NCBI RefSeq assembly: GCF_018350175.1
Contig: NC_058368.1
Span: 186,250,001 to 186,314,000 of the forward strand
Source: Felis catus
Taxonomy: Eukaryota
DNA length: 64,000 nt
Direction of reading: 5' to 3'
Position 1 is the first letter of the stretch, and the number at the start of each line of letters is the position of its first letter. Shown one piece after another: positions 25,659-37,990 of the stretch. A program made the position numbers and the translations under genes. The notes beneath the pieces are model-generated. The model searched no databases, was not told the DNA's origin, and saw nothing but the letters and a program-made list of their open reading frames with translations.

Positions 25659-25673
25659 AGAACACAAAATATC

Positions 25674-25897
25674 GGGGCACCTGGGTGGCTTGGTCAGTTA
25701 AGTGTCCGACTTCGGCTCAGGTCATGATCTCACCATCCGTGAGTTCGAGCCCCACGTTGGGCACTGTGCTGACAGCTCAGAGCCTGGAGCCTGTTTCAGA
25801 TTCTGTGTCTCCCTCTCTCTCTGCCACTCCCCTGTTCATGCTCTGTCTCTCTCTGTCTCAAAAATAAATAAACGTTAACAATTTTTTTTTTAAAAAA
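25674..25897 (+). mobile_element. CAN-SINE
   Basis: GGGGCACCTGGGTGGCT head. Perfect 15-bp TSD AGAACACAAAATATC at 25659-25673 and 25898-25912. Confidence 0.98.
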
Positions 25898-26029
25898 AGA
25901 ACACAAAATATCAAGTACCAGAATGGACATTGAATATCGGAACTTGATCTTCGAGCCTGTCTTATACTATCATATTCTTACTTCCTCTCATGTTAAAAAA
26001 AAGTATATTTTGACAATGCATGAGTCAGC

Positions 26030-26400
26030 TGTCACTCTATTATGCTGAAATAACAAATATACCGCAAGTCTCTGTGGCTTATAACAATAAAGGTTGATTT
26101 ATTTATTGGTCATGTTAATGTCCCTTGTAGGTCAGCTGCAACTCCACTCCATGTCCTTTTCCTTCTGGAATCTGAGAGAAAAGAAAATCTCCTGTCTTAG
26201 TTATACCAGACTTGAAGCTTCTTTGTGCACATGACATCACTTCCACTTGCGTGTCACTGTACAAAGCAAGCCTCGTTATAATATTGGGTATCAGTGGGGA
26301 AGGAGATATCCTTCTCCTGCAAGAAGAGATACCAGGGAGGGGTCATACCAGGGTGAGTCTGGAAGGCAGGGAATATTTTTAACAAATAATATAGCACACA
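26030..26400 (-). mobile_element. MaLR LTR (MLT1J/K/L-like)
   Basis: TTATGCTGAAATAACAAAT...CTCTGTGGCTTATAACAATAAAGGTT...CATCACTTCCACTT. Confidence 0.75.
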
Positions 26401-26419
26401 AAATACATGTAAAATAAGT

Positions 26420-26790
26420 CCTTAATCCAGTCAGGGAGTCAAAGAAATCTTGAGGTACTGTCTTAGTCGTGTTCTAATGGGTGAAATGTCCACAGAGAAT
26501 ATTCCATGCAGTAGAAATGGCAGGTCCAAATATCATGAGATGCAAGCAAGCATGGTTTTTCAGGGAATTGAGAGAGATAAGGCTGAAGAAAGGACAGTAA
26601 CGACAGGGGAGACTGTCCTGAGAGGAGTATGTAGAAGTAAGCAAGAGTAAGATTATGCAGGCCCTTCTAGGCCTCACTAAAGATTTGGACACTGAGCTTA
26701 GTAGGAAGCCACTAAAGTATTTTAAACAAGGGGGTGATTTCACTGGTGATTTTGGTTGCTTTACAAAAGAATCGTTCTAGGTAAGGCTCA
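26420..26790 (-). mobile_element. L2 LINE fragment
   Basis: ATTCCATGCAGTAGAAATGGCAGGTCCAAA...GATTATGCAGGCCCTTCTAGGCC...GGAAGCCACTAAAG. Confidence 0.7.
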
Positions 26791-29010
26791 TCACCTAAAG
26801 ATGTCCCCATCTCCCAGATCTTCCTAATACTATTGCTTTAACTGTTTAAGAGGAGAAAATAAAGCTAGCTTTTATATTGTTACCCCTAGCAGAGTACCCT
26901 GTCAGATCCATCCATATGCAGTGATTCAGAACAGTCAGTAACTTCCTCCCTTTGTCTCAGAGAGCAGTTTATACCCTCTTACCTTTAGGTTCAGGTTCTC
27001 CCTTTTTGTCTTCCTGAGGAGCTGAAAAGGGAGCAAATGGTGACATGGCAAGTCTGAGCATGAGGCCCTTTGCCCTTTATAGTAATGAGTGGGACTCAGC
27101 TGAGAATTGTAGTAGTTTAGGGCAGGAAATCTGTGCAAATTACCTCTAAGTAGAGCTTTCAATTTGGAAAAGGTGCAGCATGTGCCTCAGATGTTTTTAG
27201 TAGAAATAAATGCTACCACTCCATTGTCATGGCAATCATCATTCGCTTCTGATGTGAACTCAGGTCTGTCTCAGGCATTCCATGGAGAATTGTGCTATTC
27301 CCCAAAGGGTGTGCAGCCCATCCCAGCCTGTCTTCCTGCTACTGTCTTCCTGCTACTGGGCTGTTTTATTTGTCACTTCAACTGCTAACATCAACTTCAG
27401 GATGCTGGTCAGTTAAGAGGAAAACAAATGAACAACAACAAAAAGCACCCACCATATGTTTCACTAGCTTAATACCTGAGAAAAGCTATCAGTCAATATT
27501 TGTATCAGCTATAGAGACCACACTGTTTGTTGGAATAATGCCAGGTTCTACAACTGTGAGGAATCAAAATCCCAAATTCCACTCCACATTTACTGATCAT
27601 AGACACAAGTGAGAACTTTCAAGGGATCATTCAGGAAACCAGAATCCTTCTATCTTGTGAGTCTACTACTTTTGAAGTCCTCTCATTAATCACTAGATAA
27701 TGCAAAAGCTTGGAGGAACTATCCATGCATGTATTTTATGGAGCAAGTGTGGAAGGGGAGAATGTTAGCTTCTGCTCACACTCCACATGCTATGAGCTAC
27801 AACCCAACCATATGGCCACACTGAACTAATGGAACAGCTGGGAAATAAAGGATAGCTGTAAGTACAGGAAACAGAAGAAAAACATCTGGAGAAAGCTAAG
27901 TATTTGCCACCATACACATTACATCTACATTTCATCTTAAATCTTGGGAATGAAATGGCAAATTTCATATTACATATATTTTACCACCACCACAACAGAA
28001 AATAATGGGGGGATAGGATCTTCAGAAACAGTCAATTTCTGTTTCATTAAGTTGTACTAAAAAATATCCTTTGAATAGTCCTGCTCTTAATGTTGAAAGT
28101 GAGATTCAATTAACTCATTTTCCTGTCTTATTTAGCCTAACACGGTTTGTAATTTTTGACATCCAGATTGAGGGTCCAAAAGGGTGATTTAAAAACATCA
28201 CTAAAAGTCATTCTAATTATAAATAGCTTTAACATGGTTTTTTTCCCCTCAACATCCATTATTTTGTTTATTTTTTCCAACAAATATTCATTGAGTAGCT
28301 ATTATATTCAGAACTGTATGAGACAATGGGTACATAGAAATAAACAAATGGATAAATCCCTAACCTGAACTTGTGTCATTTATATTTGACAGAGGCGGGG
28401 AAATATTACACAAGGGGAAAAGGCCAGTTTTTTAACAACTATATGATATTTGTTACAAAGAACACAGTCTTCCATGACAACATAGAGCTAGAAAAACAGC
28501 TGTGTAGCCAGCAGAAGCTGGATGCAAGAAGAGGGAAAGTGGGTGGAGGAGCATTTCAGCCACCACTGGGACAAACACTCTAGTTGGAAAGAGGTATAGC
28601 AACAATACAACAACACCCTGAGGGAGAGGGAAAGGGACAGGAGATAATAATGTGGAGTTAGGTAAGGCCTGACTGAGAGCAGCGTAGAGCCATTAAAATT
28701 TTGGAGCAAGATATCAGTTACAATTTGGAAAGATGACATTGGTTGTTCTTTATCATACAATAGAGGGATACCAGCTAGGAGGCTATTACTTTTCTTAAGG
28801 TAAAAATAGCCAAAAATAAATGCTCAAAGTTAACTAGCAAGGGAAGAGGAAGAAACACAGGGAGGGAGAAGTAAGGAATGATAGATTTATACAGACAATA
28901 TTGGAAGCCCATATAGAAAAGCAGAGGAAACCAGTGAATGATTACATATGTAAAGACATTATCATTTCTCTAGTATCAATTTGCTTTCAGAAAACAACTA
29001 TGTTGTCATA

Positions 29011-29239
29011 GGGGCACTTGGGTGGCTCAGTCGGGTAAGCATCTGACTTTGGCTCAGATCATGATCTCACAGCTTGTGAGTTTGAGGCCCACATCGGGCT
29101 CTATGCTCATAGCTCGGATCCTGGAGCCTGCTTCGGTTTCTGTGGCTCTCTCTCTCTCTCTACCCCTCCCCCACTCATGCTCTGTCTCCCTCTGTCTCTC
29201 AAAAATAAAAAAAAAAACATTAAAAAAATTAAAAAAAAT
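29011..29239 (+). mobile_element. CAN-SINE
   Basis: TSD AACTATGTTGTCAT at 28996-29009 and 29240-29253. Confidence 0.98.
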
Positions 29240-29530
29240 AACTATGTTGTCATGACCTTCAGATTTATTTCCCTGTTCTCTGCTAAAGTACACAAATGGA
29301 GGGCAAAACAAATTAGTTTTCTATGGCTCTAATAACTTCCCCAGTCTGGTGCCCCCCAAATGTACCTACTCAGTGTACTTTATTATGTCTAGCATGTACC
29401 AGACACTGTGCTAGGTCTTAGAGATAAAGTAGTGAAGAAGACAGAGTTTCTCCACTTATGGATTTTATAGTTTGGTGGGTCTCTGGGTTGTATCTACCCA
29501 GACAGTTTTATCCAACTGAATATCATGCTT

Positions 29531-29578
29531 TTCTACATTTACATTTCTACATTCTACATTTCTACATTTCTACATTTG
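29531..29578. repeat. Short (TTCTACAT)n tandem repeat
   Basis: About 6 imperfect units are visible. Confidence 0.85.
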
Positions 29579-30079
29579 TTTATTGAAATGCTTTTCTATA
29601 TGTTATTCTAGGCTGTGGCCATGGCTTTTGAAATTAACAAAGTGTACATGGATGCGATCTATGAAATACTTTAGACATGTTGACTCTGGTGGCAAGTTAA
29701 AATGTCTGAATTAGGAATATTCCTTCTATAAACCAAATAAACTACATAAGAATATTTAATTTCAAATGTATTGAATTTAAAAAATGTGTCAAAATGTATT
29801 CTCACTTTTGTCATTTTAGGTTAAAGCATTGACTCTCCAGACTCTAATCTATTTCCTATCACTAACTATTTGATTTCTTCTTTTATCATCAAACTCTCCC
29901 TCTTCAGACTTTATTAATCTATAATTTCATTCCACTTGGAAATCTTCTATCTATGTATCATAGCCTTCATGTCACCAACAAATTCTTGGAACAGTAGTTT
30001 GTATTTTTAATAATTTACTCCTACCATTCTCTAGTTTGTTTATGACAATTTAATTGATCCCACAAAACCACTATAAATG

Positions 30080-31170
30080 GCTCAGAGCAACAGTGACCCC
30101 TGACTACAAAGTGTAATGGGCAATGTTAGCTTTCAGTTTACTTGATCTCTTTGCCGTGCTTGGCAAAGTTGGCCACTCCCAACCCCCCAACCCCTTTTTT
30201 GAGCTTCTGAAACATTTCTTCTCTTCTTTGATAACACTGAATTTTGAGGAACACTGGTTCTCAGTCCCCTTTAATATCTCCTTTCTCCTGTGTAATTTTT
30301 AAAATATTCATTATTCTTAGGGGGTTCCATTTTATACCCTAGGTTCTTCTTACCCTTTATACTTTCCCCAGCTGATATTTTCAAATATGATTTATGATCT
30401 ATTATGATCTATGCTTTTGACTCTCAAAATTTTATCATCAGCTTCTATTTCTCTATAGAGGTCCAAATTTATACACACAATCACATTTCATTCAATCACT
30501 TCAAACTTAATAAAGCCTGAACTGACCCTACCTGGCTCTGCATATATACAGAGATCCACCCCCTACTAATAAACCCACTACAAATTCAGCTCTTTTTCTC
30601 CAAAAATCACATCCTTTTGGTGGATAAACACCATTGACTTTACCTCTTAAATATCTCCAAGTTTCTTCACTGTTCTCTAAGACTTCAGTATTGTCAGCCA
30701 CTCTTTATCTTCCTCTGGGTCATTCTAACAATCTCCAATTCGACCTCACCTTCAGTGACTTGTTCTTGCTTTCAAGATAAATTCCAAACTATTTGAAAAC
30801 TAGCAGAGACACTTCTTAGCTGGCCAAATCTCTCTCTTCTTTATCTTCTCCAGCTACAAACTTAACCAGTTTGCATTTGTTTTATAAGAATTTCAGTATC
30901 AATAACAAAGTGATGTCATTTTCCCTAAGAAGTCTTCCTGGCTTGTTTCTTGTGGCAGAGTTCTTGTGCCATTTCTTCCTCGCGAAACCTATAACTCTGT
31001 ATGTATTCTTCTTTTATATCACTTATAATATTTCATTGTAATAGGTTGTTTCCATGTCTGGCAACCACTTTGGGACTTGGGGGCATGGAAAAACATTTTA
31101 TTCATATCTATATGTCTGATACCTCCCACAACCTAGGCTTGCAGTATATTTCTAATATTTACTGAAAAAG
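30080..31170 (+). mobile_element. Degraded L2 LINE
   Basis: TTTCAGTTTACTTGATCTCT...TCTATGCTTTTGACTCTCAAAATTTTATC...TTCAAACTTAA, and an L2-type 3' end near 31100-31170. Confidence 0.65.
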
Positions 31171-31248
31171 AAAAATATAGGTGAATAGATCATTAATTTT
31201 AAAATGTGGAGAGTTGTATTGATGGTGTGTGGTCTCCTGGATGCTATT

Positions 31249-31490
31249 TTTTTCTTTTTAAAAACTGTTTATTTATTTCTGAGAGAGAGAGAGAGAGTGA
31301 GAGAGAGAGGAGAGAGAGCAAGATAGAGCATGAGCAGGGGAAGGGCAAAGAGGGAGACAGAGAATCCCAAGCAGGCTCCACACGGCTAGGGCAGAGCCCG
31401 ATGCAGAGCTCAAACCCACAAACCTTGAGATCATGACTTGAGCCAAAATCAAGAGTCAGATGCTCTACCAACTGAGCCACCCAGGCACCC
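31249..31490 (-). mobile_element. CAN-SINE, older (AATCAAGAGTC) subfamily
   Basis: Full body. Imperfect TSD GAT(G/A)CTATT at 31240-31248 and 31492-31500. Confidence 0.95.
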
Positions 31491-33325
31491 AGATACTATT
31501 AAAATCTTCCAAGAATTTTGATTATGTGTTTTTCATAGACTATTGCAAATCTGAAAGCAATTCCAAAACAAGGAACACTCTCAATTCTAGATTTCATATT
31601 TCAAGCACTGACAACTCACTCTTCCATTATTCAGAAATCTTGTCTTTGAACTTTATAGAAAGAGTCTACTAGTCATCAGCCTTATGCTAGGGATAATTGA
31701 TAACAATTAACTGATAGCTTCTTATATAATTACTAAGAGTAAAAGTAAATACAAACTTTAATAGATATGATTTGATAATATATTTTTATAGTCTTTAAAA
31801 AGTTCATGAAATTGATCCAGTAATTTTATGTCTGGGAATATATCTTAAGAACCTAATCAGAGTGCCTAAAGTTATTTAAGTAAAAGAATATTTACCATAA
31901 TGTTATTGTGTGTATAGGGCTGATTGCAGTGAATTGGGGTTAAGTAAATAAAGGTGATGAATTTCTAAGAGAGATTATATAGTCACTTAGTGTTTTTAAG
32001 GGGAATAAGGAATATATAAAAGCAACAAGAAATGTGAGATTTACAAAAATACATAGAGTGAGATCCCACATCTTTTGAAAAAATGTACATAGTACACAGT
32101 ATTGGAAATATATAAATGAAAAAAGACTGGAGGAAAATGTACCAGAATACATGTAATAATTCAGTGTTATGAAGATAATCATGAATTTTCTTTAACCATA
32201 TGTTGATTTTGTAATCTGAAAAAATAGACAGCAAGTATGTTTTCCCTAGTTCTATTTTGTGCCTCCCCACTTTTCCATGATTTCTTCTAGAAATTTGTAA
32301 CTGTTGGAACCTCTACTGAAAGGTCAGTGTGCTACATAACCCTGAGCCACAAATTGCCCTAGATTCAGTCTATAATTTGAGGGGCTAGTTACTTACCGTC
32401 TGAACAGAAAACAGGAACTTGACGAACAAGATCCTTCACTTGGTGTTTTAAAATAGGATATTGAGGGTGTTACTTAGCATTTGGAACCAAAGTACAAGTG
32501 TTGTAATGAAAGAGGCAATGGAACCCAAAGGAATTAAAAGGAAAACAGGGTGATAATATATTAAGAGCACTGAGAAGCAGAGGCAGCGATTTAGCATTGA
32601 GAGAGTGCTTGACTGGGCAAGACTAGAAAGACTGGACTGCCCACCATTCAGCTCCTGAGAAAGGCAGAAAGAGCTGGGTCTGTTTCTGAAAGTTTTTCTG
32701 GTTCTGTGATTCCTGGCTATATAGTGATCTTTTACCTCAGTTCCCATGAAGTATACGTCTTGTTAAAATACATGCTCTTTCCCTCTTTTAAGATTACTTG
32801 TGTCACTGTTCCTTGCACCCAAAATAATTCTAAAAAAAAAAAAAAGTATTTTCCAGTTCATATAGGCAGGATACTGGTCATTAAAAGATTTAATGATTCC
32901 CCATTTCTACTGACTTCACCTACTGTTATTAATTGCACTGGTCACATAGGATGTTAGCTCTTCCTTATAGCACTTAGGATATTTGACCTTGCAATACGAC
33001 TGTTTCTATACCATCACCTCCAATAGAGGGCAAGGTCCGTGCATTTGTTTACTGTTTTTTTTTTATTTTATTCATTTTATTTATTCCATTTACAATTATG
33101 TATTGAATGCCAACCTTTTTCAAGGACCTAGCACTGTGCTAGGCTCTGGGGATACACTAGCAAACAAGACAATCATTTCTGATATTACGAGATTTACAGT
33201 GCAGTGCAGGGGATTAAGTTCTAAGGGTTCACTGAATAAAGACTAAACATTACTCATTTGGTTGGGAAAGTTAGATATTCTCCATATGTTTCAAAGCCAT
33301 TTGTATCATACTTTTAAGATAACGC

Positions 33326-33506
33326 TTTAAATGTTTATTTATTTATTTTGACAGAGTGCATCAGGGAGGGGCAGAGAGTGAGGGATAGAATCCCAAGCAG
33401 GCTCCACGCTGTCAGTGCTCACCCCAAATCAGGGCTCAATCTCAAGAACCGTGAGATCTCGACCTGAGTCAAAAACCATGAGATGGACTTTTTAACTGAC
33501 TGCCCA
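33326..33506 (-). mobile_element. CAN-SINE with a deletion in the head
   Basis: GAATCCCAAGCAGGCTCCACGCTGTCAGTG. TSD-like CATTT(G/C)TATCATA at 33298-33310 and 33507-33519. Confidence 0.9.
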
Positions 33507-34003
33507 CATTTCTATCATATTTTATCTAAAATAAATTACTGGGAAGAAATTCTGGTCTCATCGAGTCTTTATGGCTTTTGAGTAAAGTATTTTGTCACTC
33601 TCATTTTCCTTTTCATCACTGCTGAAGAATTTTATTTTGCTGTTCAAAAAAACCAAAGAAAAATGCTGTATGAAATGTCATTAACTACTATTTGGGTGCA
33701 ACATGCAGAGTTCATATGACCTAGCACACCTACAGTAGTTTCACATGAATGTTTTATAAAATGCAGACAATTTAGGACTGTTTTTTTGTTTGGTTGGTTT
33801 TAGCTTTGTGGTGAGAGTTATTTAAAAATTTCTCATTTGGGCCTCATGGAAATTTAGGAAACACAGTTGATAAATTTAAAAAGTAATCTGTATCACTAGG
33901 GTACTGGTTAAATATTGTAGTACATTTGTACTATGATCTATTATGAAGCAATTTTAAAAGAATACTATGGAACTGTATGATGGCATGAAAGATGTTTAGG
34001 GTA

Positions 34004-34219
34004 TTTTTTTTAAATTTTTTTAATGTTTATTCATTTTTGAGAGAGAGACAGAGTGTTAGCAGGGAGGGGCAGAGAGGGAGAGACACACAGAATCTGAAGC
34101 AGGCTCCAGGTTCTGAGCTGTCAGCACAGAGCCTGATGCAGGGCTCAAACCCACAAATCATGAGATCATGACCTGAGCCGAAGTCTGACACTTAACCAAC
34201 TGAGCCACCCAGGCACCCC
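34004..34219 (-). mobile_element. CAN-SINE
   Basis: Full body ending ACTGAGCCACCCAGGCACCCC. Confidence 0.97.
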
Positions 34220-34329
34220 TAAGATACATTTATCTATATCTATAGATCTATAAATCTCATTTCTAGAGAGAAAACTATTTATTTGTACATGCCTAGTACA
34301 CATTTAAATTGTTTCTTTTTCATCCATAC

Positions 34330-34810
34330 CTTCCATTCTTCTTTTTACCAAAATCCAAATTGCCTTCGGGGATTTACATTCTTCCATGTGTCTCTATGGC
34401 TGGTGGCCCCACTTAAGACTCTGAACACTTCTTCCTTGCCAATAATTGGTTCAAGAATGTGATCCAACATAGCCCTATTTACTATGAGAAGGAGTTTGCG
34501 AGGGATTTTCTAGGAAATTTCTTCTTCACCTTTTGGGATAGTTTTTGAAAGCAGCTCTGTCTTTCTTAGGATGTAGCTGTATGTGAACATAGGGCCCAAA
34601 ACTGCTGAAGCCATCTCTCTTAAAGCTCATTGCCCAGAGGCACAATTCAATAAGAAATTATAGGAAACATAGCCACAGTACTGGAGTAAGTCAACCTTGA
34701 AACCTATGTTTATCTATACTTTCAGTAAGGTGAACTAGAAAGTTTCCTTAGTTCACAAGCTAGCTTCTTTTGTCTATTTAGCCTGTTGCATCTAAAATCA
34801 TCCTGAGGTT
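34330..34810 (+). mobile_element. MaLR LTR (MLT1-type), degraded
   Basis: TAATTGGTTCAAGAATGTGATCCAA...ACTGCTGAAGCCATCT...TGTTGCATCTAAAATCATCCTGA. Confidence 0.6.
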
Positions 34811-35675
34811 TTGTATGTTCGTGTGTGTGTATGAGGTTATCCATTCATAGAAAAAAAAGGGAAGAACATATATCAATTAATAAAGGAAAATAATGGAAAA
34901 AGTGGGTTGGGTAGAAGAGAAAGAGGTCCCTCACTTTTTATCTACATGTTTTTTATGGATGTAATAGATATTGAATGATATTGTATTTAAAGCATCAAAT
35001 AAAATAGAAATATTAAGAATAAATTTATTATCAATACTATGCTGTATCACTATTCCCTTAGACCACAATACCATATTCTAATTTTCAATAAAATCACTGA
35101 TGAATCCACCAGAGAGTTCACTGATGAATACTTCAAGTTTTAAATATTGGAAAGGAGACAAGAGCCAGAGTCAGGATATTTGAGTTTTTTTCCTGTTTCT
35201 GCCCCTAATTTAGGTACCTGATCTCACACAAGCATAGAACGATCATGAGCCTGATTTACATCATACGCAGAGTGATAAGAATGGACTCAAACACCTATTC
35301 TAAAGATTTTCCACCATTCTCTGATTTTTTTTTTTTTTGGTTTTAACTTACATCGACAAACGAAATAGTTTAGATTGGATACAAGCTAAAGGCAAGACAA
35401 GGAACCAGATGAATTGGCAAGGTTTATTTCCAGTGATAGCAGAATTGCTGTATCTGGTACTACCTGAGGGATGATGAGAAAAAACAGATAGAAACACCAT
35501 TTGTTTCATTAATTTGTTTATTTTCAGGTTAATGTTTTGTAGTGGTCATTAAAGACTTCAAAAGGAACTGGGATGCTTTATATATTAATTAATTTCTCTA
35601 TTGTCTTATAGTTTTATAATTTCATCTCTATAATGATGTTTTCCTTAATAGGTCAAAAATGCATTCACTTTACTC

Positions 35676-36716
35676 CCACCAAAAAAAAAAAAACCAACAA
35701 CAACAAAACAAACAATCCCATTAAAAAATGGGCAGAGGATTTGAATAGACATTTTTCCAAAGAAGATTCACAAGTGGCCAACAGATACATGAAAAGATGC
35801 TCAACATCACTATTCATCAGGGAAATGCAAATCAAAACCACAATGACCACAATGAGATATCACCTCATACCTGGTAGAATGGCTAAAATCAAAGGCAAGA
35901 AACACTTAAGTGTCAGTGAGGATATAAACAAAAAGGAACTCTCGTGTTCTGTTGGTAGGAATGTAAATTGGGGAAGGAAATGTGGAAAACAGTATGGAGG
36001 TTCCTCAAAAATTTAAAAATAGAAATACCATATGATCCAATAATTCCTCTATTGGATATTTACCCAGGAAAAATGAAAACACTAATTTGAAAAGATATGT
36101 GTACCCATATGCATATTATAGCATTATTTATAATAGCCAGAACATGGATGCAACTTAAATGTTCATCATTAGAGGAATGGATAAGGAAAATGTGATATGT
36201 ATATATAAATATAAATATAAATATAAATATAAATATAAACACATGTAAACAATGGAATATTACATAGCCATAAAAAGGATGAGATTGTGCCATTTGAGGC
36301 AACATAGATGGACCTAGAGGGTATTGTGCTAAGTGAAATAAGTCAGACTGAGAAAGAAAAACATCATAGGATTCCATTCATAAATGAAATCTAAAAAAAA
36401 TGAATAAACAAACAAAAAGCAGAATCAGAACTATAAATACAGATAACAAATTGACAGTTGCCAGAGAGGAGAGAGGTTGGAAGTTGGGCAAAATAAGTGA
36501 AGAGGAGAGGGAGACACAAGCCTCTAGTTTTGGAATGCATGTCATGAGAAGAAAAAGCAGAACATAGAGAAACCAGTCAACAACATTTTGTGATGTAATG
36601 GGACAAATGGGAGCTACACTTGCGATGTGCATAATACAGTGTATAAACTTGTAAAATTACTAAGTTGTACACCTCAAACTAACATTGTGTGTCAACTATA
36701 CTCAAATTTTAAAAAA
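35676..36716 (+). mobile_element. 5'-truncated carnivore L1 (L1_Carn-like)
   Basis: [19 protein letters not shown] peptide and a carnivore-type 3' end (ACATTGTGTGTCAACTATACTCAAA). Degenerate TSD at 35655-35675 and 36751-36771. Confidence 0.95.
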
Positions 36717-37499
36717 TCAACACAATAAAGGCTATATTTTCTGACTGTAAAAAAATGTATTCATTTTATTCTTAAGCATTAACCCCCTTTTTTCCCTTTT
36801 ATATGCCTTTTTTCCCTCTATTATTAAATATTTTTGAATAAAAGAGAGAGAAGTTCTTGGGAATGACAAAATTAACGCTTTGGCAGTCAGCACAGTTGTT
36901 CAGTTACTTTCTTATCAACTGTATTTTCCCCTCCTCTGTCATTTTTTTCCTATACAAATAAATGCATTTATATTTCATTAATAAAATAATTTCTAATTTT
37001 TTGTTGGATGTTTATTCTTACTTTTAAAACAAATAATTAATGCTATGATTTTTATAAGATAATATTTTATAATCTTCAAAGGTGGTTTAATACACATTTT
37101 CTTAGGAATTGAAAATTCTTGAGAAGTAGTTCCAAGGAAATAAAGTCTCCAATGTACAGATGATGAAGTGAAAGTCTTAAGATGCTAATTATTTTTCTTA
37201 ATTAGTTGGCTAATTATATGGCCATTCAGCCCAGATTTTATAATAAAACAAGGCTCACTCTATATCCTGCTTCTTTTTTCCCCATCTTTTTGACCTTATG
37301 TTTTCTAAAGCATCATTCAATTTATTTTCTGGCAGAAAAATTATGAAATTAAAATATGTCCAGATATTTGCAAGTATTAGTAAAACGTGCTTCAGGTGAG
37401 AAAATAGAACGATTTCAGCTTATAATACCCCTGCATCCACAGTTAACAGTTGTTTCTCATCATAGTGTGTTCCTAGGCCAGTAAGATGATAGGAACAGA

Positions 37500-37990
37500 A
37501 TGTAATATCTGGAATCTACAAAGTCCCCAGATAATGCACAACTGTCACATGCATTGGTGAGAGAGATGTCATAGACATTGGGGAAATGATCTCAAGTTCT
37601 TTCATGTGGGTGTGATTACAACCTGGCTCACAGACAGCACACATAAGGCAGGGGAGTTCTACAGCCTGTGTGAACAGCAAATTGCCCATGTCCTCAAATG
37701 TCCAGTTTGGTGCCCAGCTGCCACTGATACCACAAGATTAGTGTAAAGATCCTGTCAAGAACTTTGGTCTTGTCATTATCAAGTTGACTGGCATGTGGTG
37801 AAGGAATACTGCATTCTTCTGATATTCCCAACTTATTTTGAGACATTTTTTATGAATGCTCATTGGGTTAAATAATGGAGAACCACCAGTGTCATTGTGA
37901 ATCACAAACTGCTATTTGTTTCAAATTTGCTATTGTTTCATCCTCAGCAAGCTGAGGCTTCAGTCTACCTTAGGTCTTTCTGATGCAAAT
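37500..37990 (-). mobile_element. Probable fossil RTE-clade LINE (L4/MamRTE-like) RT fragments
   Basis: Manual translation gives KISWEYQKNAVF, DKTKVLDR, QAVELPCLMCAVCEPG...HMKELE and DHFPQCL, resembling RTE ORF motifs in the expected order. Confidence 0.55.

Noticed and set aside
25674..25760. tRNA-like A/B boxes and recurring MAQSVK...AQVMIS ORFs
   Set aside because: These are tRNA-derived CAN-SINE heads, not tRNA genes or a protein family.
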